DNA of 13,993 nucleotides from IMG/VR virus record IMGVR_UViG_2654587792_000016; one strand, 5' to 3'. Positions 1 through 5,622 of this stretch are shown here, piece by piece (position 1 is the first letter of the stretch; each line of letters starts with the position of its first letter). The notes below the pieces were generated by a model. The model was not told the origin of the DNA and did not search any database. It saw only the letters and a program-made list of their open reading frames with translations. The stretch is from a virus (Duplodnaviria; Heunggongvirae; Uroviricota; Caudoviricetes). A program made the translations under genes and the position numbers.

Positions 1-30
1 TCACTGTCGGCGAAGGTAAGTTGATGACTC

Positions 31-507
31 ATGATGAACCCTGTTCCATGGCTCCAGATGACAAACATGATCTCATATCAGGGACTTGTTCGCACCTTCC
101 ATAGGCGTGCTGGCCTGATTTTGTGGAGAAAGTTGATGCGTGATATTCAAATGGTTCTTGAACGTTGGGGGGCATGGGTGGCAAATAATCACGAGGATGT
201 GGAATGGTCATCTGTTGCTGCAGGTTTTAAGGGATTAATTTCTTCGAAAGTAAAATCCCGCCCGCAATGTAGCGATGACGATGGCCTGATCATTAGCTCT
301 GCGATGACAGTTCTTAAGAAAAAGGAACCGTATCAATACGAATTACTGGAAATGTATTATGTGTATGGGGTTACATTACGGGCGTTGGGGGTAAAACTGG
401 GGATATCACTTAATCAGGTTGTTATCAGACTGCAGAAAGCTGAAGGGTTTATTGACGGTTGTCTGGCAATGTTGGGGGTATCTTTAGAAATTGATTGTTA
501 CATATAG
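31..507 (+). CDS. Q: Late-gene antitermination protein Q (Q82/QuuD-like family)
   Basis: 158-aa ORF with ATG ATG at 31-36 and TAG at 505-507. The stretch MRDIQMVLERWGAW...VAAGFKGLI...RPQC.DDDGLI..SAMTVLKK matches what I recall of E. coli prophage Q/QuuD antiterminators. It sits directly upstream of the cargo slot and lysis cassette, as Q does in lambdoid phages. True start (31 or an internal Met) is uncertain. Confidence 0.8.
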   Translation: MMNPVPWLQMTNMISYQGLVRTFHRRAGLILWRKLMRDIQMVLERWGAWVANNHEDVEWSSVAAGFKGLISSKVKSRPQCSDDDGLIISSAMTVLKKKEPYQYELLEMYYVYGVTLRALGVKLGISLNQVVIRLQKAEGFIDGCLAMLGVSLEIDCYI

Positions 508-541
508 TAATAAATTCAATCAAAGTAAATAATCATATTTT

Positions 542-584
542 ATAATAACCTCCTGATGATACCTGTTCATTGGGAGGTTATTAT
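542..584 (+). promoter_or_regulatory. 12-bp perfect inverted repeat (ATAATAACCTCC-N19-GGAGGTTATTAT) spanning a TATAAT hexamer, the Shine-Dalgarno and the start codon of the downstream CDS
   Basis: Read directly: 542-553 ataataacctcc is the exact reverse complement of 573-584 ggaggttattat, with a 19-nt spacer. The right arm holds GGAGG (573-577) and the A and T of the ATG at 583-585; the left arm contains an anti-SD-like CCTCC and overlaps a perfect TATAAT at 541-546. It is either an RNA hairpin sequestering the ribosome-binding site or a DNA operator for a dimeric protein. Confidence 0.5.
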
Positions 585-1200
585 GGATAAAAATGTAGAG
601 CATGTATTAGTTGATGCAATTGAAAATAAGCAATCTTTAACAGTCGTTTACTTAGGAGGGAGCCAGCCCGGAACATTAAGGAATATTTCTCCGATTAGTA
701 TAAATGGGGATAAGTTGCGGGCAAGATGCCATAGTTCTGGAGCAGTAAAGGTTTTCAATCTTGGGAAAATACAGTTACCCAGTAACTCCTGCGCGGTATC
801 TATGCACTATGGAGATTTAGAAGTTAAAGCTTATGAGACGATGCAGAGCGTAAATGACAACTTTCATGCCCTTTATCCTGAAGGACGATGGGGTGTTGAT
901 TTTAATGAGCATCGCTTTGCTTTATTTGATTTTTTTAAAAACGGGAAACGAAAAAAAACGGCATTTATGGCAATTGAGTTCAGGGAAAGAGATGAAGAGA
1001 AAATAATAACAGGTGTAACAATTGATATTGGTATATCTGGAACAGTGATTTCTGAGAAATCCCGAATCCCAAAAAGACGACCATGGGTAGTGGTTGGTCC
1101 CGAACACGGAGAATACAGTACTTATTCAACTTTGGACAAGGCTGCTACAGCGTTTTTTGAGAGACTTTCGTTGATAGCATCCGGCCTGGAAGATAATTGA
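583..1200 (+). CDS. Hypothetical protein, 205 aa, AT-rich cargo (moron) gene between Q and the lysis cassette; N-terminal third loosely WYL/SH3-like; function unknown
   Basis: ORF 556-1200 in the track; preferred start is ATG 583 because GGGAGG at 572-577 sits 5 nt upstream. Stop TGA 1198-1200. The region is visibly AT-rich compared with the flanking phage genes. Residues about 15-70 (SLTVVYLGG...TLRNISPISINGDKLRARCHSSGAVKVFNLGKIQL) have an alternating hydrophobic/basic pattern reminiscent of WYL-type beta-barrel domains; this is pattern recognition only. No HTH or catalytic motif recognised. Confidence 0.6.
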   Translation: MDKNVEHVLVDAIENKQSLTVVYLGGSQPGTLRNISPISINGDKLRARCHSSGAVKVFNLGKIQLPSNSCAVSMHYGDLEVKAYETMQSVNDNFHALYPEGRWGVDFNEHRFALFDFFKNGKRKKTAFMAIEFRERDEEKIITGVTIDIGISGTVISEKSRIPKRRPWVVVGPEHGEYSTYSTLDKAATAFFERLSLIASGLEDN

Positions 1201-1329
1201 TTTTATGTTTGGTATTCAGAGTTCGCCGTGCTTAAGAAAGTCAAGATTCTAAAAATACTGAATGAGCTACTTGTGTTATAACAAAAATGCTATTAGTGTG
1301 TTAAGAGTGGTTACTTCGCCACACAACTT

Positions 1330-1355
1330 AAACCCGCCACTGAGCGGGTTTTTTG
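1330..1355 (+). terminator. Rho-independent terminator after the cargo gene
   Basis: Stem acccgc (1332-1337) pairs with gcgggt (1344-1349), loop cactga, extendable by A-T pairs at 1330-1331/1350-1351, followed by a T run at 1349-1354. Confidence 0.6.
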
Positions 1356-1476
1356 TACCTGTAAACTTGGTGCAGTACAGTAAACACGCTGGTGGTCGTG
1401 AATACTGACTTTTTATCTTGCTGGCTTTTTAGACAAGAGTTATTGGTATGTCATGTTAACCAGAAGGGAAAAAGAC

Positions 1477-1680
1477 ATGCTAAAACAGCAAGATATGACA
1501 GAAACCGCCGCCGCAGTCCTTCATTTCTTACCTGCTGACAAGTGGGTAACGCCACGCATGATGACGAGAACTACCGGAGTAAGCGAAGCCCGGTGCCAGT
1601 TAATACTGACTCAGTTAGTTCTGGCGGGGCTGGCGAAGGATAACGGCGGGTACGGGAATAAATTCAGACGCTGCCAGTAA
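1477..1680 (+). CDS. Small winged-helix/HTH-like DNA-binding protein (67 aa from ATG 1477; 75 aa from ATG 1453)
   Basis: ORF 1453-1680; AGAAGGGA at 1462-1469 lies 7 nt before the in-frame ATG at 1477. The segment VTPRMMTRTTGVSEARCQLILTQLVLAGLAK reads as a helix-turn-helix with a recognition helix. It lies directly upstream of the methyltransferase on the same strand. Confidence 0.5.
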   Translation: MLKQQDMTETAAAVLHFLPADKWVTPRMMTRTTGVSEARCQLILTQLVLAGLAKDNGGYGNKFRRCQ

Positions 1681-1830
1681 TGGCGGTTTCCTGCTGTGAA
1701 AATGGGCGGCTGGTGGGTGTTGGTAGCACCTGCCAGCCATTCGCTCATGCTTACTGGTCACAAGCGAACCACGGCCCACTGCTTTAGCGCAAAAGCAGAG
1801 TGAGCCTACCAGAGTTACGCTTACTGATCC

Positions 1831-2883
1831 ATGAAAAATACTGTAAAAATAAACAGTGTTGATTTAATCAACGCTGATTGCCTGCATTTTATTCAGTCCC
1901 TGCCTGATGATTCCATTGACCTGATTGTTACCGATCCGCCGTACTTCAAGGTGAAACCCAACGGTTGGGACAATCAGTGGAAAGGGGACGAAGATTACCT
2001 TAAGTGGCTGGACCACTGTCTGGCCCAGTTCTGGCGGGTGTTAAAACCTGCCGGAAGCCTTTATCTGTTCTGTGGGCATCGCCTGGCATCTGATATTGAG
2101 ATCATGATGCGTGAACGTTTCAACGTGCTTAACCATATCATCTGGGCGAAGCCGTCCGGACGTTGGAATGGGTGTAATAAAGAAAGTCTGCGCGCATATT
2201 TTCCTGCCACAGAGCGCGTTCTGTTTGCTGAACATTACCAGGGGCCATATCGCGGCAAAAGTGACGGCTATGCAGCAAAAGAAAGGGAACTCAAACAGCA
2301 CATAATGGCACCGCTGATATCGTATTTCAGGGATGCTCGTGCCGAACTGGGTATAACGGCAAAACAAATTGCCGAAGCCACAGGTAAGAAAAATATGGTT
2401 TCCCACTGGTTTGGTGCCAGTCAGTGGCAGTTGCCGAATGAGGCTGACTATCGGAAGTTACAGGCACTGTTTTCCCGTATAGCGGCAGAGAAGTTTCAGG
2501 AACAACAACTGGAACAACCACACCACCAGCTGGTGGCATCTTATGATTCACTGAATCGCAAATATTCTGAATTGCTGGATGAGTTTAAATCTCTCCGGCG
2601 CTATTTCTCCGTATCAGTCTCCGTGCCTTATACCGATGTCTGGACGCATAAACCCGTTCAGTTCTACCCGGGTAAACATCCGTGCGAGAAACCGGCGGAT
2701 ATGCTCCGGCAAATAATCAATGCCAGTAGTCGCCCTGGTGATATGGTTGCTGATTTCTTTATGGGATCCGGTTCCACAATAAAAGCAGCAATGGCGCTGG
2801 GGCGTCGGGCGTTAGGTGTTGAACTTGAGTCAGAGCGGTTTAATCAGACGGTGAAAGAGGTAAGTGAACTGGTGGGGAAATAA
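1831..2883 (+). CDS. DNA amino-methyltransferase (N6-adenine or N4-cytosine), beta-class, apparently orphan
   Basis: 350-aa ORF. Motif IV DPPY (LIVTDPPYF) is near the N-terminus and the SAM-binding motif I (FFMGSGST) near the C-terminus, the circular permutation typical of beta-class amino-MTases (CcrM/HinfI/PvuII-like). The roughly 250-aa region between them contains an HTH-like stretch (ITAKQIAEATGKKNMVSHWF). No restriction endonuclease ORF is adjacent. Confidence 0.85.
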   Translation: MKNTVKINSVDLINADCLHFIQSLPDDSIDLIVTDPPYFKVKPNGWDNQWKGDEDYLKWLDHCLAQFWRVLKPAGSLYLFCGHRLASDIEIMMRERFNVLNHIIWAKPSGRWNGCNKESLRAYFPATERVLFAEHYQGPYRGKSDGYAAKERELKQHIMAPLISYFRDARAELGITAKQIAEATGKKNMVSHWFGASQWQLPNEADYRKLQALFSRIAAEKFQEQQLEQPHHQLVASYDSLNRKYSELLDEFKSLRRYFSVSVSVPYTDVWTHKPVQFYPGKHPCEKPADMLRQIINASSRPGDMVADFFMGSGSTIKAAMALGRRALGVELESERFNQTVKEVSELVGK

Positions 2884-2959
2884 TTCTGGTGGCCACGTTG
2901 CGTGGCCTTTTTATTTCCAACACAGCACCCGCAAATATCGCGAGGTGAGAGATGACGAA

Positions 2960-3295
2960 ATGCCTCATAACCCAAATACCTGGCCGGACTGGCTGGAGTT
3001 GTTTCAGAGCTGGTGGCGTGGAGACACGCCGCTGGGTGCAGTGATTATGTCGATCGTTATGGCTGGTTTGCGCATCGCCTATTTTGGCGGTGGTGGTGGC
3101 TGGAAGCGAAAAACGCTCGAGATTTTGCTCTGTGGCGCTCTGACGCTGACCTTTGCATCCGCTCTTGAGTATGTCGGATGGCCTAAATCACTTTCTGTTG
3201 CCATTGGTGGCGGTGTGGGGCTGATCGGTGTCGATGCTATTCGTGGGGCTGCAATGCGAGTAATCGGTAACAAGTTTGGTGGCTCTAAGGAGTAA
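2960..3295 (+). CDS. S: Holin, lambda S-like class I (three predicted transmembrane segments)
   Basis: The track ORF 2864-3295 begins at a GTG inside the MTase 3' end; the preferred start is ATG 2960 with GAGGTGAGAG at 2942-2951. The hydrophobic segments and C-terminal VGLIGVDAIRGAAMRVIGNKFGGSKE align in pattern with lambda S ([20 protein letters not shown]). It lies immediately upstream of R. Confidence 0.8.
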   Translation: MPHNPNTWPDWLELFQSWWRGDTPLGAVIMSIVMAGLRIAYFGGGGGWKRKTLEILLCGALTLTFASALEYVGWPKSLSVAIGGGVGLIGVDAIRGAAMRVIGNKFGGSKE

Positions 3296-3298
3296 TTT

Positions 3299-3775
3299 AT
3301 GCAGGTACTAAATTCCCAGCGTAAAGCTTTCCTCGATATGTTGGCGTGGTCAGAAGGAACGGATAACGGGCGACAGCCAACCCGCAATCACGGCTACGAC
3401 GTTATTGTAGGTGGTGAGTTATTCACGGATTACTCCGATCATCCTCGCAAACTTGTCACGCTAAACCCCAAACTCAAATCAACAGCCGCCGGACGTTACC
3501 AGCTTCTTTCACGCTGGTGGGATGCTTACCGTAAACAGCTTGGCCTGAAAGATTTTTCTCCAGAAAGCCAGGACGCTGTAGCTCTGCAGCAGATTAAAGA
3601 GCGTGGCGCTTTACCGATGATTGATCGCGGTGATATTCGTCAGGCTATCGACCGTTGCAGCAATATCTGGGCTTCACTACCGGGCGCTGGTTATGGTCAG
3701 TTCGAGCATAAAGTTGACAGCCTGATTGCAAAATTCAAAGAAGCAGGCGGAACGGTCAGAGAGATTGAGGTATGA
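3299..3775 (+). CDS. R: Endolysin, lambda R-type lytic transglycosylase
   Basis: 158 aa, near-identical over most of its length to lambda R as I recall it ([82 protein letters not shown]). AAGGAG at 3287-3292 precedes the start. Stop TGA 3773-3775 overlaps the Rz ATG (ATGA). Confidence 0.95.
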   Translation: MQVLNSQRKAFLDMLAWSEGTDNGRQPTRNHGYDVIVGGELFTDYSDHPRKLVTLNPKLKSTAAGRYQLLSRWWDAYRKQLGLKDFSPESQDAVALQQIKERGALPMIDRGDIRQAIDRCSNIWASLPGAGYGQFEHKVDSLIAKFKEAGGTVREIEV

Positions 3776-4239
3776 GCAGAGTAACCGCGATTATCTCCGC
3801 TCTGGTTATTTGTATCATCGCCTGCCTGTCATGGGCTGTTAATCATTACCGTGATAACGCCATCGCCTACAAAGAACAGCGTGATAAAAAAGTCAGTGAG
3901 CTGAAGCAGGCGACCGCCACCATCGCTGACATGCAGCAGCGTCAGCGTGATGTTGCTGCGATCGATGCAAAATACACGAAGGAGTTAGCCGATGCGAAAA
4001 CTGAAAATGAAACTCTGCGCGCTGATGTTGCCGCTGGTCGTAAGCGCCTGCGGGTCAATGCCAGTTGCTCCGCAGCCGTGCGTGAAGCCACCGGACCCAC
4101 CAGCATGGATAATGCAACCAGCCCCCGACTGGCAGACACCGCTGAACGGGATTATTTCACCCTCAGAGAACGGTTGATGACGATGCAGAAGCAACTGGAA
4201 GGGGCGCAGGAATATATCCGCACCCAGCGCATTAAGTAG
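3772..4239 (+). CDS. Rz: Spanin, inner-membrane subunit (Rz)
   Basis: 155 aa. The N-terminus [32 protein letters not shown] and the C-terminal [27 protein letters not shown] closely match lambda Rz. Confidence 0.95.
   Translation: MSRVTAIISALVICIIACLSWAVNHYRDNAIAYKEQRDKKVSELKQATATIADMQQRQRDVAAIDAKYTKELADAKTENETLRADVAAGRKRLRVNASCSAAVREATGPTSMDNATSPRLADTAERDYFTLRERLMTMQKQLEGAQEYIRTQRIK
3992..4177 (+). CDS. Rz1: Spanin, outer-membrane lipoprotein subunit (Rz1), embedded in Rz in the +1 frame
   Basis: 61-aa ORF wholly inside Rz. Signal peptide with lipobox (LVVSAC) and the Pro-rich [30 protein letters not shown] match lambda Rz1. GGAG at 3981-3984 is 7 nt before the ATG. Confidence 0.9.
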   Translation: MRKLKMKLCALMLPLVVSACGSMPVAPQPCVKPPDPPAWIMQPAPDWQTPLNGIISPSENG

Positions 4240-4623
4240 ATGGAGAAAAAACACGAATCTGTGGTTTTTACTGAGCGCGGTGTACACGGTGGAACATATG
4301 GCGGGAAGTTTGTTGCTTATGATTATGCAGCATGGCTAAACCCCGGATTTAAATATGCAGCCTATAAAGTCCTGGATGACTACTTCACCGGAGAACTTCA
4401 GCATCGCAACAGCTTAAGTGCGCAGCTCAATATGAAGTGTCATGAGTTTGATCAGAAAAAAGATATGGCGAGCTTCTGTGGACAAGGGCTGGCGGCATGG
4501 CGCTATACGAAGCCAGTGTTGGTCGCTGAGATTAACTCCCTGGCTAACCAGCTGCAGATAACGATCCCCGGGCTGTCCGGTATTTGCCGGTATGAAATTA
4601 CCGGAAGGCGCGCTCGTTACTGA
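4240..4623 (+). CDS. Hypothetical protein resembling the C-terminal half of a KilA-N domain; possibly a truncated remnant
   Basis: 127-aa ORF whose ATG directly abuts the Rz stop (TAGATG). GGTYGGKFVAYDYAAWLNPGF resembles the conserved C-terminal KilA-N motif (GTWVHPDLAIHFAQWLSPEF-like) from memory. The N-terminal half of the domain is absent and no strong SD is present. Confidence 0.4.
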   Translation: MEKKHESVVFTERGVHGGTYGGKFVAYDYAAWLNPGFKYAAYKVLDDYFTGELQHRNSLSAQLNMKCHEFDQKKDMASFCGQGLAAWRYTKPVLVAEINSLANQLQITIPGLSGICRYEITGRRARY

Positions 4624-4887
4624 GTAACAGCAGGCATTACAGCAGCCCTTCACTGAGGGGCTGCGATAATGTGAGGAATAAAAAACCGGCAGGGGAAATC
4701 CATTGAAGATTTGCCGGTGGCAAAAGATGGCCATGCTTTTAACCTTAGTAGCAGAGTTACGGAGTTCAACAACGACCGTCGCCGTTATCTTGCTGAAAGG
4801 CGTTTCAATGATTTTCATCAATTTATTCATCAGCAATGGTGATAATCACTCTCATTTTGGCGGGTCCTTCCGGTGGGGTGGCCTGCC

Positions 4888-4907
4888 ACGGGGCGGGAGC
4901 GTCGCGG
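4888..4907. other. Candidate cosN (cohesive-end nicking site)
   Basis: ACG|GGGCGGGAGCGT|CGCGG at 4888-4907 against lambda ACG|GGGCGGCGACCT|CGCGG: identical flanks and 9 of 12 positions in the presumed 12-nt cohesive end. It sits about 185 bp upstream of the terminase small subunit start, as in lambda. Confidence 0.6.
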
Positions 4908-4953
4908 AAAAAGGCTAGTTTTTGCATTTCCATGGCGGCGGCAACATGTTTAG

Positions 4954-5070
4954 TAATTTATTGATAATTAAAAGTTATTTCTCTTTTCACCTGTACAATA
5001 TTTTTTTCTCCCTGTCATTAGACCAGTTTGCAATTAATTGAAATATATAAATAAACCTGATTTTCACCTG
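4954..5070. promoter_or_regulatory. Candidate cosB: IHF consensus match plus direct repeats that could be small-terminase binding sites
   Basis: AT-rich segment between cosN and the Nu1-like gene. The minus strand of 4954-4966 reads TATCAATAAATTA, fitting the IHF core WATCAANNNNTTR. TTTTCACCTG occurs at 4984-4993 and 5061-5070, with a degenerate copy TTTTCTCCCTG at 5004-5014. Confidence 0.35.
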
Positions 5071-5086
5071 CCAGATGGAGTTGCTT

Positions 5087-5614
5087 ATGTCAAATGTGAG
5101 TGGGATCGGTGATGCTTATTACTGGAGTGTTTTTAAAATCGCCGAGGCCTTTGGGCTTCACCGGGACACAGTAAAAAAACGGCTCCTCGCGGCCAACACT
5201 CCTGTGGCTGCGACTGTCAGGGGGAACCCCGTTTACGCCCTGCAGCATGTCGGGCCAGCCCTGTTTAGTGTGAAGCATGAGGCAGCAGACTCTGTTCATG
5301 ATCCATCCCGTATGGAGCCGAAAGAGAGAAAGGACTGGTACCAGTCTGAAAATGAAAGGATCAAGCTGGAAAAGGAGCAGCGAAAACTCATCCCAGTTGA
5401 TGAAGTAGTCATCGTCTATTCGTCCATGAGAAAGGCTGTCGTCCAGGTTCTGGAGACAATTCCGGATGTTCTTGAACGCGATTGCGCCCTGACTCCTCAG
5501 GCCGTCGGCGTTGTACAGCAGGCCATTGATGACCTGCGATACACTCTTCAGGAAAAATCCTACGAGGCTTGTGCTGCTGAATTAATTCCTGATGAGGAAG
5601 GAGAGAGTCTCTAG
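5087..5614 (+). CDS. Terminase small subunit (Nu1-like DNA packaging protein)
   Basis: ORF 5075-5614; preferred start ATG 5087 with GGAG at 5077-5080. N-terminal HTH-like segment (FKIAEAFGLHRDTVKKRL), a central charged region resembling lambda Nu1, and a position between cos and the large terminase. Stop TAG 5612-5614. Confidence 0.7.
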   Translation: MSNVSGIGDAYYWSVFKIAEAFGLHRDTVKKRLLAANTPVAATVRGNPVYALQHVGPALFSVKHEAADSVHDPSRMEPKERKDWYQSENERIKLEKEQRKLIPVDEVVIVYSSMRKAVVQVLETIPDVLERDCALTPQAVGVVQQAIDDLRYTLQEKSYEACAAELIPDEEGESL

Positions 5615-5622
5615 GAGGAATA

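Noticed and set aside
1-27. Possible 3' end of an upstream gene ending at TGA 22-24
   Set aside because: Only seven codons lie in the window, too little to call.
491-546. Assigning a specific Q-dependent late promoter (TTGATT at 491-496 as -35, TATAAT at 541-546 as -10)
   Set aside because: No candidate -35 lies at a 16-18-bp spacing from the perfect TATAAT, and other hexamer pairs are poor. The promoter and qut site cannot be placed without start-site mapping, so this is reported only as context for the palindrome.
1349-1361. 13-mer TTTTTTGTACCTG shared between 1349-1361 and 11449-11461, both immediately after terminator hairpins
   Set aside because: One or two chance 13-mer matches are expected in a 14-kb window, more so for T-rich sequence, and nothing flanking the copies is conserved. 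Treated as coincidence, though both copies do follow terminators.
1201-1476. Search for tRNA genes or a small RNA between the cargo gene and the methyltransferase module, where some lambdoid phages carry tRNAs
   Set aside because: No GGTTCGAATCC-like T-loop, no D-loop signature and no acceptor-stem complementarity seen. The only strong structure is the intrinsic terminator at 1330-1355.
2864-2959. Upstream GTG-initiated extension of the holin ORF overlapping the methyltransferase 3' end
   Set aside because: The start is GTG with no SD, and the extension lies in the MTase coding region. The ATG at 2960 has a good SD and gives a holin of conventional size.
4703-4918. 71-aa + strand ORF starting at a TTG and running through the candidate cosN
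   Set aside because: Non-ATG start, no SD, and it spans the GC-rich cos core. A gene across the cohesive-end site would be split in the packaged genome.
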